Shown here: piece by piece, positions 1 through 11,109 of the stretch | Layout of the letters: every line of letters starts with the position of its first letter | How positions within the stretch are numbered: the stretch's first letter is position 1 | Assembly (NCBI GenBank): GCA_963674865.2 | Contig: CAXXYE010000009.1 | Span: 384,001 to 448,000, forward strand | Reading direction: 5' to 3' | Length of the DNA stretch: 64,000 nt | From: Candidatus Hydrogenedentota bacterium | GTDB taxonomy: Bacteria; Hydrogenedentota; Hydrogenedentia; Hydrogenedentales; SLHB01 | Notes under the pieces: generated by a model | What the model saw: only the letters and a program-made list of their open reading frames with translations | What the model was told of the DNA's origin: nothing | Databases searched by the model: none | Program-made: the position numbers and the translations under genes

Positions 1-1
1 G

Positions 2-133
2 GCGACTTCGGGCGAAGGCGAGGAATCCCAGCAGGGCGATGACGGCACATCCGAGGCGGCGATTGCACCCCCGGCGGGCGAGGAAACGGATGCAGCTATG
101 ACGGCCGTCGAGGCGGTTCCTGAGGCGGAGTAA
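2..133 (+). CDS. 3' end of an upstream gene (acidic low-complexity tail), truncated by window edge
   Basis: Open frame ATSGEGEESQQGDDGTSEAAIAPPAGEETDAAMTAVEAVPEAE ending in TAA at 131-133. Confidence 0.55.
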   Translation, partial: ATSGEGEESQQGDDGTSEAAIAPPAGEETDAAMTAVEAVPEAE

Positions 134-170
134 GATCCGAACCGGATGGCCAATCCCGGAGGGCCGGCCC

Positions 171-1289
171 ATGCGTACACGAGTTGTTGGTGCATCCTTG
201 GCTGTCTTGACCCTTGCTTGGGCCATGCCATGCGACGCCCAGCCCGACGTCGACGAATCGCGCAGGAACGCCATTGTCCGCGCCATCGAGCGTGCCGCCC
301 CGGCCGTCGTCTCCGTCAACGTCGTCCAACTCGAAGCGCAACCCGTCCGCGCCCCCTTTGAGCAGCTCTTCCGCGACTTCTTCTACGATGCGCGCCGCCG
401 CTACCGCGTTCGCGAACGCCGGGTCGATTCCGTGGGCAGCGGATTCATCTTCGACGCCGAAGGCCACATCATCACCAACACGCACGTCATCGAGGACGCC
501 GAACGCGTGTCCTCCGTCACGTTGCCCGACGGGCGCACCCTCGATGCGGAACTCGTCGGCACCGACCCGCGCACGGATATCACGGTGCTGAAGGTGGGCG
601 GCGCAAATCTTCCCCACGTGCCGCTGGGCGATTCGGATGCCCTCATGACGGGCGAGTGGGCCATTGCCATTGGCAACCCCTTTGGTATGCTCATGGCCGA
701 TGCGCAGCCCACGGCGAGCGTTGGCGTGATCTCCGCCAATCATCGACGCGTGAACCCATCCGTCGGCGGCGGCGAGCGCCTGTACCAAGACATGATCCAG
801 ACGGACGCCGCCATTAACCCCGGCAACAGCGGCGGCCCACTGGTAAACGCACGCGGCGAAGCCGTGGGCGTCAACACTATGATCTTCAGCAAGAGCGGTG
901 GCAACATCGGCCTGGGATTCGCGATCCCCATCAACCGCGTCCGCCGCGTTGCCGAGGAAATCATCCGCTATGGCCGCCGCCGCGACCCGTGGCCCGGATT
1001 CGAGGTCGCCGACGTACAATCGCGCAACAAGAGAGCTCTCCAGGAACTCGGGATCACCGCCGAGACAGGATGCCTCGTCGTGAGCATGCTGTCCGACTCC
1101 CCCGCCTACGAGGCAGGCCTTAGGCCGGGTGATGTGATTCAGAGTGTCAACGGCCAGCCCATCAACGCCGGCCCCGACCTTGATTTCGCCATTTGGAGTC
1201 TGTTCATCGGGGATAAGGTCGATCTCGAACTCGACCGCAAAGGCGCACCTCTCACCCTCACGTTCCCCATTCAGGAACTGGCGACATAA
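171..1289 (+). CDS. htrA: HtrA/DegP-family trypsin-like serine protease with one PDZ domain
   Basis: Signal peptide, TNTHV (His), DITVLKV (Asp), QTDAAINPGNSGGPL (Ser), C-terminal PDZ (SPAYEAGLRPGDVI). Confidence 0.93.
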   Translation: MRTRVVGASLAVLTLAWAMPCDAQPDVDESRRNAIVRAIERAAPAVVSVNVVQLEAQPVRAPFEQLFRDFFYDARRRYRVRERRVDSVGSGFIFDAEGHIITNTHVIEDAERVSSVTLPDGRTLDAELVGTDPRTDITVLKVGGANLPHVPLGDSDALMTGEWAIAIGNPFGMLMADAQPTASVGVISANHRRVNPSVGGGERLYQDMIQTDAAINPGNSGGPLVNARGEAVGVNTMIFSKSGGNIGLGFAIPINRVRRVAEEIIRYGRRRDPWPGFEVADVQSRNKRALQELGITAETGCLVVSMLSDSPAYEAGLRPGDVIQSVNGQPINAGPDLDFAIWSLFIGDKVDLELDRKGAPLTLTFPIQELAT

Positions 1290-1290
1290 C

Positions 1291-1343
1291 CGCGGCCGCT
1301 CAACGGCGCCCTCCCCCTCCCGCTCCCCCGGAGAGCGGCCGCG
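1291..1343. terminator. Hairpin between convergent genes
   Basis: CGCGGCCGCTC ... GAGCGGCCGCG 11-bp inverted repeat directly after htrA stop. Confidence 0.45.
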
Positions 1344-1353
1344 CGTCGCCGAC

Positions 1354-2454
1354 TCAAGAATACTCCCTGACGGCGTCCATGGTGCGGTTCGCGGCGTCTG
1401 TGTCGGGCGCCCCTCCCACGTGGTAAAGTACACCCCCAACCAGGGAGTGCTTTTCCAGAGCAGCGACGAACTCCCCGTAGCCACAGTGGCACACCAGGGG
1501 CAGGTCGCCGACGCGGGCGCGCAGTGCGGGAAGTACCTCAAAGGCGCGGGGATAACCGCGGTCATCGCCGAGCCACAAGGCCTTCAGGCCGCGTATCGAA
1601 GCGGCGGCTTCGAGCAGGTGACGGCCGTTGCCGTGGATATGCACCACTCCGCCGTCGAAATGGGCGAGAATGCGCTCGAAGGGCGCGCGTCCCCAGCGCT
1701 CGAAATCATCCACGGACGTCATGTGGAACGGATCGATGCTCTCGCTCACAACGCGCCCCGGCGCCCATTGCACCATATTGCTGCACGTGCCGCCTTCCAC
1801 CATGACGCCGGCGCCGAAGAAAGCTTCCTGCACGGCAACGTTTAGGTCGTAGGCGAAGTCGATGGCTCGCCCGACGAGGTCCGGATTCTCGATAGTCTCA
1901 AGATAGGTACGTGTGGCGCCAAAAAGCTCGAAGAGGAAGTTGAGCCCATCGATCAGAATGAAGTGGCTCACGCCAAACCTCCCTGCGGCGGCCGCGAGGT
2001 ACACGTCGAGCTGCCGTCGAAACCGCTTGAAGATGGACGCCTCCGCATCGATTGCCAGGGCGTCGAAACCGGCCCAGTCCTCGACAAGGGGGGCGACCAT
2101 CGACGAAATCCACCCGTTTTCCGGATGCGCCATGTACTGGACCTTGCCCCCGAGCATGCCCCCGTAAAGGCCCTGGTCGCACTCGCTCAGATAGGCCGAA
2201 GGAACACTGTCGTCGAACACGCGCGCCTTCCGGCGAAGGTGCGCTTCCCAGAACGCAACACGCTCGCCGAGGTCCGGGCAATCGCAGTAGCCCTCCGCGT
2301 ACTTGGCGGCGAACTCGTCGAGCGCAGCGCTCGGCGTGTCCATTACGGCGAACACCCGATCCGTGCCTTGCCGTTCGAGGAGCACCGTCAGCCGCTGCTT
2401 CACGGCCTCAAAATCCGCGCAATAGGCGAGGTGCGAGGTGCCTGCGTTATTCAT
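1354..2454 (-). CDS. Uroporphyrinogen decarboxylase/MtaA-like TIM-barrel protein, function unknown
   Basis: URO-D-like pattern (mSxDdFerwgrapferil, VVHIHG), 366 aa. Confidence 0.6.
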   Translation of the reverse strand: MNNAGTSHLAYCADFEAVKQRLTVLLERQGTDRVFAVMDTPSAALDEFAAKYAEGYCDCPDLGERVAFWEAHLRRKARVFDDSVPSAYLSECDQGLYGGMLGGKVQYMAHPENGWISSMVAPLVEDWAGFDALAIDAEASIFKRFRRQLDVYLAAAAGRFGVSHFILIDGLNFLFELFGATRTYLETIENPDLVGRAIDFAYDLNVAVQEAFFGAGVMVEGGTCSNMVQWAPGRVVSESIDPFHMTSVDDFERWGRAPFERILAHFDGGVVHIHGNGRHLLEAAASIRGLKALWLGDDRGYPRAFEVLPALRARVGDLPLVCHCGYGEFVAALEKHSLVGGVLYHVGGAPDTDAANRTMDAVREYS

Positions 2455-3017
2455 GGAGTTTTCCTCACCGTGTCGATGCCCGGCTGCCCCGCCAGATAGG
2501 GCGTCGGGTCGATGGCCTGGCCATTCCGCCGCACCTCATAGTGGAGGTGGAAGCCGGTAGCTCGGCCCGTGCGGCCCACGGCGCCGATCACCTGGCCGCG
2601 CTTCACGCGCTTTCCCGGCTTCGTCTTGACGCGAGCGAGGTGGGCGTAGCGTGTCTCATAGCCGCCGCCATGATCGATCACGACGCACTTGCCGTACCTG
2701 CCGCTTGCCCGGCCCGCGGCGACAACCTTCCCAGCCGCCGTGGCGTAGACGGGCGATTTACGGCGCGCCGGAATGTCCACCCCCGCGTGAAAGCGCCGCT
2801 CCCCGGTGAACGGGTCGCTTCGGTAGCCGAAGGGAGAGGAGATGGCCGGATGAGAAGAGATGATTGGCCAACCGGCTGCTACGCAATGGGATAAAGCGGG
2901 CTCGCGACCCGTGGCGCATCCGGCGCAAAGCATGGCCGACACCGCAGCAAACACGGCCCAGAACACCGCCCTAGATGTGGGCCGCTTGTGCGAACACAGC
3001 TCTTGAATGGCTACCAC
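2451..3017 (-). CDS. M23 family metallopeptidase, probable lipoprotein
   Basis: FHAGVDI (HxxxD), YAHL, TGFHLHYEV (HxH), lipobox-like LCAGC; start (GTG 3017) uncertain. Confidence 0.88.
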   Translation of the reverse strand: MVAIQELCSHKRPTSRAVFWAVFAAVSAMLCAGCATGREPALSHCVAAGWPIISSHPAISSPFGYRSDPFTGERRFHAGVDIPARRKSPVYATAAGKVVAAGRASGRYGKCVVIDHGGGYETRYAHLARVKTKPGKRVKRGQVIGAVGRTGRATGFHLHYEVRRNGQAIDPTPYLAGQPGIDTVRKTP

Positions 3018-3180
3018 GTCGCCTCGCTCCCGCAAGTCATCGAGGCCATTATGAGTGAAACGGACCCCGTCCGCAATGAAGCCTGAGCCCAGCAAGGTTG
3101 ATATCCGGCGACTTGGCCGCTAGTATTTGCCCGCCCTGGCTGCACAGGCGCACAAAAGAAGCCGAATTCACGGAAGTCCC

Positions 3181-4137
3181 ATGACTGTTCACGCTGGCCA
3201 ACACATCCCCGATGAGGATGCAACCGCTCGAAGCGAGTGGCGCGAGGCACGGCGCGCCAAGGAAGAATGGCGCGATCGCCTGCTCCAAGAGCGCGGCCGG
3301 CCCGGTGGCGACCCCCATATTCCAAGGGGGCTCTACGGACTACTATCGCTGAGTCTGCGCCTCGGTGGACTGCAGGCCCGCGGCGAGCAAAACGCCAATT
3401 CCCCGGTTCTTAGAGAGTTATCTTTTACTTTCGACCGCCTGCCCCATGCCTTCGACGGCTATTCGATCCTTCACCTCTCTGACCTGCATTTCAACCACCG
3501 GCCCGGCTTCCTGGAGGCCGTGTGCCGGCTGGTGCAGGGAGTCGAAGTCGACCTCTGCGCCGTGACAGGCGACTTCCGCTTCGGCTGGAAAGGCCCCACC
3601 GACAAGGTATGCGAGAACATCCAACGCCTCATGGCCCAGGTAACCTCCCGCGACGGTTTCCTCGGTGTGCTCGGCAATCACGATGACATGGCGTTCGACG
3701 AGCCTTTCAGCCGAATCGGATTGCGCCTTCTTTTCAACGAGTCCGTCTGCATCGAGCGCGGCGACGCCCGGCTCTGGGTGGCAGGGGTCGATGATCCGCA
3801 CTTTTACCGCTGCGCCGACGTGGCGCTGGCGACCCGGCCCATACCGGAAGACGCCTTCCGCGTCCTGTTGGCCCACTCGCCTGAAGTGATCACCCAAGCC
3901 GACGCGCACCACGTCAACCTCTACCTGTGTGGCCACACCCACGGAGGCCAGGTTTGCCTCCCCGGCGGACGGCCCCCCATGGTGAATGCCCGCTGCCGCC
4001 GCAAATTCACCCGGGGCATCTGGCGCTATGGCGGGGTGCAGGGATACACCTCCGCCGGCCTCGGAACAACCGAAGTGCCCGTACGCTTCAACTGCCCGCC
4101 CGAAGCCGCCATCATTCGCCTTCATCGCGCTTCCTGA
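3181..4137 (+). CDS. Calcineurin-like metallophosphoesterase (YkuE/YaeI-like)
   Basis: SDLH, TGD, GNHD, LAHSP, GHTHGGQ motifs. Confidence 0.9.
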   Translation: MTVHAGQHIPDEDATARSEWREARRAKEEWRDRLLQERGRPGGDPHIPRGLYGLLSLSLRLGGLQARGEQNANSPVLRELSFTFDRLPHAFDGYSILHLSDLHFNHRPGFLEAVCRLVQGVEVDLCAVTGDFRFGWKGPTDKVCENIQRLMAQVTSRDGFLGVLGNHDDMAFDEPFSRIGLRLLFNESVCIERGDARLWVAGVDDPHFYRCADVALATRPIPEDAFRVLLAHSPEVITQADAHHVNLYLCGHTHGGQVCLPGGRPPMVNARCRRKFTRGIWRYGGVQGYTSAGLGTTEVPVRFNCPPEAAIIRLHRAS

Positions 4138-4258
4138 GCAGGCCACCAAACGGCCATCACCATCCCTTCGACACCACCCAAGCCTTGTGTTTTATTCATT
4201 TTACAGCGCGGGATTCATTTTGGTACAATATAGAAAATGGCACATGCGGAGAGTTTCG

Positions 4259-5647
4259 ATGCGAAACACTGCAGGGCGGGCAAGATTCGCGGTTCTAATT
4301 GCGAGCAGTGACGTGCCCTACGCCACGGCACTGGTCCGCTATATGGAAATCGAAGGATATGACCTGACCCAGTGCCATGATGCCAAAGGGGTGCTTCGCC
4401 TTGTACGGCGGCAGGACTTCGATGTCGTCGTGCTCGACCTCGACCTCGCCAAAGAGGGCGGCGTCGACCTCGTGTCATTCATCCGCCGGCAGAGCGTGGG
4501 AACCCTGGTCATTCTCCTCTTCGATATTCGCGACATCGACCGCGCCGTCGAGGCGATCCGACAAGGGGCGTTCTTCTATCTCCCGAAGGAAGTTGCCCCA
4601 TCAGACGTGGGACTGCTGGTCGAGAAGGCCGTCCAGAGCATTCAGCAAAAGGAGGCCGTCGGCGAATACGAGCAGCGGCTATTCGAAGAGATGGCCGGCA
4701 GCGCTCCCGCAATGAAGCGCGTGACGGAGCTGATCACCAAGGTCGCGCCCACGGACAGCACCGTCCTCCTGCTCGGCGAAAGCGGAACCGGCAAGGAGGT
4801 ATTGGCGAACGCCATCCACCGCCTCAGCCCCCGCCGTGAAATGCCTTTTGTGGCCGTTAACTGCGCCGCCCTGCCGGAAAACTTGCTCGAGAGCGAGCTT
4901 TTTGGGCATGAGAAGGGAGCCTTCACGGGGGCCGACGCCGACAAGCAGGGCCTGTTCGAGGCGGGCGACGGGGGAACCGTCTTCCTCGACGAGATTGGCG
5001 ACATGGCCCTCACAACACAGGCAAAGTTGCTCCGCGTTCTTCAGAACGGGGAGATTAGAAGAGTCGGCTCGACGACCCCCGGCAAGGTGGACGTGCGCGT
5101 AATAGCCGCCACAAACCGGGACCTTATCGAGGCCGTCGGAAACAAGACATTCCGCGAGGACCTCTACTTCAGACTCAACGTTGTGCAGATCCGAATTCCC
5201 CCCCTTCGCGAGCGCATGGACGCGCTGCCGAGGCTGGTCGAGCATTTCATCCAGCGACACAACGCGAGATTCGGGAAACACGTTCGCGGCCTGGATGACG
5301 CCGCGCAGGCCCTCTTGCGCGACTACTCCTATCCGGGCAACGTCAGAGAACTCGAGAGCATCATCGCCCACGGCGTGATCATGAGCGACGGCGACTTCAT
5401 CCAGCCCAAAGACCTGCCGCAACAGGTACACGCAGGACGCGTGAATCGCTTGGCCTTGCCCGGATACAGCGCGGACGTCCCCAGCCTGGATGAAATGACG
5501 CGGGATCTCATTGCCAGCGCGTTGGACGCCTACGCCGGCAATCAGACGGAGGTTGCCAAGCGGCTGGGGATTTCACGCTCCACCCTTTGGCGCAAGATGA
5601 AGGAATACGGAATAGCTCCCAAGCAAACGCCCGGCGACAGCGTCTAG
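4259..5647 (+). CDS. Sigma-54-dependent transcriptional activator (receiver-AAA+-Fis HTH)
   Basis: GESGTGKE, ESELFGHEKGAFTGA, FLDEIG, FREDLYFRLNV, YPGNVREL, HTH GNQTEVAKRLGISRSTLWRK. Confidence 0.95.
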   Translation: MRNTAGRARFAVLIASSDVPYATALVRYMEIEGYDLTQCHDAKGVLRLVRRQDFDVVVLDLDLAKEGGVDLVSFIRRQSVGTLVILLFDIRDIDRAVEAIRQGAFFYLPKEVAPSDVGLLVEKAVQSIQQKEAVGEYEQRLFEEMAGSAPAMKRVTELITKVAPTDSTVLLLGESGTGKEVLANAIHRLSPRREMPFVAVNCAALPENLLESELFGHEKGAFTGADADKQGLFEAGDGGTVFLDEIGDMALTTQAKLLRVLQNGEIRRVGSTTPGKVDVRVIAATNRDLIEAVGNKTFREDLYFRLNVVQIRIPPLRERMDALPRLVEHFIQRHNARFGKHVRGLDDAAQALLRDYSYPGNVRELESIIAHGVIMSDGDFIQPKDLPQQVHAGRVNRLALPGYSADVPSLDEMTRDLIASALDAYAGNQTEVAKRLGISRSTLWRKMKEYGIAPKQTPGDSV

Positions 5648-5837
5648 CCGGCGGCAAGCCGCTATCGCCGAAGCGTTCTTTTCCTGTGCCAGACGGCATG
5701 CTATACTACAACCGTTCTTGGTGAACCAAACACCCGGCGCGGCTATTGTTGTGTGCGGGACCTGACCGCCGCCAATGGGCCGCTTCCGGCGCTTGTTTCT
5801 CACGCTCGCGGCAAACAAAAAGGATGCTGGTAACGCT

Positions 5838-7247
5838 ATGGTGACAGCCCCGCAGAAAGGCCGGTCCGGAGGCCATGCCGACGGAAGCGGCAAGAAACGC
5901 ATCGGCGAATTGCTGATAGAAGAAGGACTGATCACATCCGAGGCGCTCAAGGAGGCTCTTGCCGTTCAGGGCAAAGAGGGCGGCAAGACCGTCGAGATCC
6001 TTATTTCCCTCGGGCACCTCACCTCTCGGGATTTTGTGAATTTTCTGGCCAAGCAAGAAGGCGTCGCCAGCATCGACCTGGGCCATTACGAGATCGCCCC
6101 GGACATCATCGGCCTCGTACCAAAGGATCTCGCCGTCAAGCACGAGGTCATTCCTATCGACAAACTGGGGAAGCTGCTGACGGTGGGGATGACGTGTCCT
6201 CTGGACTCTGCCACCATCGAACACATCTCGGAGGCCACCGGCCTTCGTGTCAAAGCCATGCTGTGCTCGCCGGGCGATGTTCGAGCGGCTTTGAGGCGGT
6301 ACTACCGCGTCGGCGAGGAGGAGGCTGAGTTCAAGCTCGATGAGACGCGCGCCGGCGCCGCCCCGGCCCGTCCGGAGCCTGATTCAGCGACGGACCTGAT
6401 TCCCTCGCTGCAATTGGCCAGCGCCGTCCGCCTCATGCGCCAGATCGATTCGCTTCCGGGAATGCCCTCCACCGTACAGCGCGTCCAGGCGCTGCTGGAG
6501 AATCCCGAGAGTTCCGTGAAGGAAGTCGCCGAGGTCATCAACATGGATCCATCCATCGCCGCGAAGATCCTCAGCGTCGCGAATTCAGCCGCCTATGGCT
6601 TTCCGAACCGCGTGGATACCGTCCAGTTGGCCGTAACGCTCCTCGGCGTTCGTGAAACCTACAGCGTCGTCCTGTCCTGCGCCGTGGTGGACCTGTTCGA
6701 CAAGTCCAAATTATTCGATTACGCCGCGTTCTGGCGCGACTCCACCTTCTGCGCCCTTGCCGCCCAGGCCATCGCAAAGACCTCGTCCCAGCCTCAGAAG
6801 ACCGGCGTCTTTTCGGCCGGCCTGCTGCACGATTTGGGCCGCGTCGCGCTGGCCGAAGTTGTGCCGGAGCGCTACGCACGCGTCAACGCCGACCTCGTCG
6901 GAGCCGACCTCATTGCCGCGGAAGAAGAGGTGTTCGGTGTGGCCCATCCCGAGGCGGGATACGAATTGGCCTGTCACTGGGGACTTCCCGAAGACATTGC
7001 CGAGGCTATCCGGTTCCACCACACGCCCCAGCATGCCGCAAAGGGCAAGGCCATGGTGGCCATGGTGGCCATCGCCAACATCATGGCGGAGGTTTACCGC
7101 CCGGGCAGCGATGAGGCCCAGGAACCCAACTTCGACGAATGCCGCGATAGTCTGGAATGCCTCGGCATCGATGAAGCATCGATGAAGGAGCTTTTCGGCG
7201 CCTTGCCGCCTCCCCAGGAGTATGAATCGCTCTGGCAATCGGAGTAA
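5838..7247 (+). CDS. MshEN/GspE-N-terminal domain fused to HDOD domain
   Basis: RIGELLIEEGLITSEALKEALAVQ motif, then LPGMPSTV, DPSIAAKILSVANSAAYG, AGLLHDLG, EAIRFHH. Confidence 0.85.
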   Translation: MVTAPQKGRSGGHADGSGKKRIGELLIEEGLITSEALKEALAVQGKEGGKTVEILISLGHLTSRDFVNFLAKQEGVASIDLGHYEIAPDIIGLVPKDLAVKHEVIPIDKLGKLLTVGMTCPLDSATIEHISEATGLRVKAMLCSPGDVRAALRRYYRVGEEEAEFKLDETRAGAAPARPEPDSATDLIPSLQLASAVRLMRQIDSLPGMPSTVQRVQALLENPESSVKEVAEVINMDPSIAAKILSVANSAAYGFPNRVDTVQLAVTLLGVRETYSVVLSCAVVDLFDKSKLFDYAAFWRDSTFCALAAQAIAKTSSQPQKTGVFSAGLLHDLGRVALAEVVPERYARVNADLVGADLIAAEEEVFGVAHPEAGYELACHWGLPEDIAEAIRFHHTPQHAAKGKAMVAMVAIANIMAEVYRPGSDEAQEPNFDECRDSLECLGIDEASMKELFGALPPPQEYESLWQSE

Positions 7248-7391
7248 GTCCGCCCGAGGACGCCTCGTGCGCTCTGTCATCCACCCCCCTGCCTCCAGGC
7301 CCGCTCATGTGAAACACAAGATGCCCCTCGCCGAAAACGCCGGAAAAGCTACTGCGTTGTAGGAATTCGCTAATTCCCTACCATATCGTAG

Positions 7392-8006
<615 letters not shown>

Positions 8007-8047
8007 GGCAGGCCGCGGCAGCAAATTGGAAAGGAGACATTCGCAAA

Positions 8048-9427
8048 ATGTTAAGCCGTAAGAAAGTACCTCTCGGCAGCATGCGTGTATGGGCCGCCCT
8101 CGTCGCGCTACTGCTGTTGCCCGCCCTCGGCGCTCACGCCGATGAGGCAATGGATGAACTCAAGGCCACTCTAGACACCGTATGGGTGATGGTGGCCGCG
8201 TTTCTCGTATTCTTCATGAACGCAGGATTCGCCCTCGTCGAGTCCGGATTCTGCCGTTCCAAGAACACCGTCAATATCCTGTCCAAGAACTTCATCGTCT
8301 TCGCCATCGCGGCCCTAACGTTTTGGGCCACCGGCTTCGGACTCATGTTCGGCGATGGTAGCCCTCTGATCGGCCTCAAAGGCTTCTTCTTGAAGGGCGG
8401 CGCCGTCTTCTCGAGCCTGGACTGGACCGCCGTGCCGCTCAACGCGAAGTTCTTCTTCCAGCTCGTGTTCGCGGCCACGGCCGCGACCATCGTGTCCGGC
8501 GCCGTGGCGGAGCGGATCAAGTTTCAATCCTACATCCTGTTCTCCGCCCTCCTTGTCGCCGTCATGTATCCCATTTCCGGCCACTGGATATGGGGCGGCG
8601 GATTCCTGGCCGACAAGTTCGGCTTCCATGATTTCGCAGGCTCGACGGTGGTTCACAGCGTCGGCGGCTGGGCCGCGCTCGTAGGCGTGTTGTTCCTCGG
8701 GCCCCGCCTCGGAAAATACAAGTCCGACGGTACCGTCAACGCCATCCCAGGCCATAGCATGGCCTTGGCGACGCTCGGCGGCTTGATCCTGTGGCTCGGC
8801 TGGTTCGGCTTCAATCCCGGCAGTACCATGGAGGCCAGTCCCGACATCGCCCTCGTAAGCGTCACCACGGCCCTCGCGGCTTCGGCAGGCGTCGCCGGCG
8901 CTTGCGCCTACGCCTGGATACGGCTCGGGACCCCCGACCTCAGCATGATCATCAACGGTTCCCTGGCCGGCCTCGTAGCTATCACGGCGCCCTGCTGGGT
9001 CGTCACCCCCTTCGGCAGCATCATCATCGGCCTCATCGCCGGCGTCATTGTTGTCGAGTCCGTCCTCACCTTCGACAAGCTCCACATCGACGACCCCGTC
9101 GGCGCCCTATCCGTCCACCTTGTCAACGGCATCTGGGGCACCTTGGCCGTCGGCCTCTTCGCCGCCCAAACCGATGTCGAAGACGGCATCGTCGGCCTCT
9201 TCTACGGCGGCGGCGTGGGCCAGTTGATCGGCCAGATCATCGGCGTCGTGTGCGTAGGTGTGTTCACCGTCGTCGCATCGGTGGTGTTCTGGAGCATCAC
9301 GAAAGCCATCCTCGGCATGCGCGTTTCGGCGGAAGAGGAATACGTCGGCCTCGACCTCAGCGAGATGGGCCTCGAAGCCTATCCCGAGGACGCCACCACC
9401 CCGGCCTACGTAGCGGCCCAGGGATAA
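8048..9427 (+). CDS. amtB: Ammonium transporter
   Basis: FMNAGFALVESG, DFAGSTVVHSVGG, LWLGWFGFNPGS, IDDPVGALSVH. Confidence 0.97.
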   Translation: MLSRKKVPLGSMRVWAALVALLLLPALGAHADEAMDELKATLDTVWVMVAAFLVFFMNAGFALVESGFCRSKNTVNILSKNFIVFAIAALTFWATGFGLMFGDGSPLIGLKGFFLKGGAVFSSLDWTAVPLNAKFFFQLVFAATAATIVSGAVAERIKFQSYILFSALLVAVMYPISGHWIWGGGFLADKFGFHDFAGSTVVHSVGGWAALVGVLFLGPRLGKYKSDGTVNAIPGHSMALATLGGLILWLGWFGFNPGSTMEASPDIALVSVTTALAASAGVAGACAYAWIRLGTPDLSMIINGSLAGLVAITAPCWVVTPFGSIIIGLIAGVIVVESVLTFDKLHIDDPVGALSVHLVNGIWGTLAVGLFAAQTDVEDGIVGLFYGGGVGQLIGQIIGVVCVGVFTVVASVVFWSITKAILGMRVSAEEEYVGLDLSEMGLEAYPEDATTPAYVAAQG

Positions 9428-9465
9428 TCGCAGCCCACATCAACGCTCCCAAGCGTTCCCATGAT

Positions 9466-9492
9466 GAGCGCCCGGTTCCCCGCCGGGCGCTC
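9466..9492 (+). terminator. Putative terminator hairpin after amtB
   Basis: GAGCGCCCGG-loop-CCGGGCGCTC. Confidence 0.55.
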
Positions 9493-9592
9493 GCCCCTTT
9501 CTAGGCGCAACACACGGGGCGGCATGCCTCTGCTATAATTGGGTGGGGCCGGCCCGGCCACCGGGCCGCACAGAAAAGCGGGGGATACTGCC

Positions 9593-10156
9593 TTGAAGCG
9601 TTCCGAAATGATTTCGCTTGCCTTCGTAATCGCGGGAATCTACCTCGTCTGCACCACGCTGCGCTATGTGCCCTTTGCCGGCCATGCGCTGGGAGGGGCG
9701 ATAGCCTGGAGACATACGAACGTCTCTAATCTGGCCCATGCAGCGATTACCGGAATCTTGCCCTTGGCTGCGAATGCAGTCGCCGCCTACATAATGATTC
9801 GCCACAGCGATAGGCTCGCGGGGTGGGCCCTCCGCTGGGGGGACGCCCCAGCTCCTGAGACTCCAGCCCCCCGTACGGACCTGACGGCCGCTGCCTTTGC
9901 CGTCGTAGGCGTCGTAATAGCTGCGCTGGCCCTGGCTCAGTTCCCGGGCGTCGCGGTTAGCTGTCTGCTTACCTATCTACTCACAATTGGCCAGGAGGCT
10001 GCCCCGATGATTGCCCAGCGAAGCCTGGATGTATTGGTTCGATTCTCCATGCAATTTGTGCTTGGTGTCGCGTTGTTCTGGAAGGCCCACGCCCTTGCCG
10101 CGTATTGGAGGCGGATTCAGAACACGTCCGGGCCAACCGATACTCCTGCGGCATAG
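9593..10156 (+). CDS. Hypothetical membrane protein (about 4 TM)
   Basis: Four hydrophobic segments; TGCTATAAT extended -10 at 9531-9539; TTG start inferred. Confidence 0.65.
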   Translation: MKRSEMISLAFVIAGIYLVCTTLRYVPFAGHALGGAIAWRHTNVSNLAHAAITGILPLAANAVAAYIMIRHSDRLAGWALRWGDAPAPETPAPRTDLTAAAFAVVGVVIAALALAQFPGVAVSCLLTYLLTIGQEAAPMIAQRSLDVLVRFSMQFVLGVALFWKAHALAAYWRRIQNTSGPTDTPAA

Positions 10157-10205
10157 AAATCCACTGCGCCACTGCGGGAACCTACGCCAGCGTAGGAATG
10201 TCGCG

Positions 10206-10976
10206 TCAGTCGCCCCCTGCCTCCCGCGATAGGCGTTCCAGGTTCCAGAGCTTCGCGTACTTCGTGAACACGCTGAATGCGGCTAATCCGCAGAGCACCG
10301 CCCCGTGGTAGCCGTCCCGGAATCCTTGGCGGATGAAATACATCTTGATAAACCGCGTCATCGGGCGGAAGGTGAGGTCAGTCAACCGGGCGCGTTTACC
10401 GCGATCGAAGAGATCCTGCGCGCCCCAAGCCGTGAAGCGTTGGAACGTCGAGAAGTACTCCTCGAAATCGCGTTTGTCATCGTGGTACATGGGCTCGTCG
10501 ATGCGGCCCGTCGGGCCGTCCACCACCACTTTCGAGTGGACGCGCTTGTCGAGATAGCGCCCCTTCTTCGTCCGGAAAAGCCGCATGTTGTAGTCCCGAT
10601 CCCACCCGCAATGATGGATCTCCTTCCCGAAAAAAATCGAGATACGCCGGACTTCGTAGCCGTCCTTGCTGGCCGGATCGTCCATAACGGCCCGGATCCG
10701 CTCCGCCAGCTCCGGCGACACCCACTCATCCGCATCGAGAACCAGCGTCCAATCACTCTCGATCTGCGGAATCGCCCAGTTACATTGGGCGGCCTTGTTC
10801 ACATACTCGTGCGCCACGACATGACGCGAGTGGCGCCGCGCGACTTCATCCGACCCGTCCGTGGCTTTGGGATCGACAATACAGAAGAGGTCATCCGCCC
10901 ACGCCACGCTTTCCAGACACCGCGCCATGCGATCGCCCGCGTTCGGCACGAGCGTTAATACCGTTAATGTGCTCAA
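10206..10976 (-). CDS. Glycosyltransferase family 2 (KdtX/WaaE-like beta-1,4-glucosyltransferase type)
   Basis: WTLVLDADE, RLFR...VH, FIKMYFIRQGFRDG tail; TTG start inferred. Confidence 0.9.
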   Translation of the reverse strand: MSTLTVLTLVPNAGDRMARCLESVAWADDLFCIVDPKATDGSDEVARRHSRHVVAHEYVNKAAQCNWAIPQIESDWTLVLDADEWVSPELAERIRAVMDDPASKDGYEVRRISIFFGKEIHHCGWDRDYNMRLFRTKKGRYLDKRVHSKVVVDGPTGRIDEPMYHDDKRDFEEYFSTFQRFTAWGAQDLFDRGKRARLTDLTFRPMTRFIKMYFIRQGFRDGYHGAVLCGLAAFSVFTKYAKLWNLERLSREAGGD

Positions 10977-11109
10977 AGGCCGCCCTTTCTCTATACAGCG
11001 CTGGCGGCTATTGTAGTCGATTGCCTCGCAGCCCCCCAAGCGCGCCGCATCAACGTTCTGCTACAATGATCTTCCGTTTGCCCTGAATACTTCACAAAGG
11101 AGTTATTTC

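Noticed and set aside
96..1565. Long antisense and alternative-frame ORFs (also 16185-17297, 31866-33035, 58712-59992, 59974-61170)
   Set aside because: Shadow ORFs of real high-GC genes on the opposite strand, with no motifs of their own
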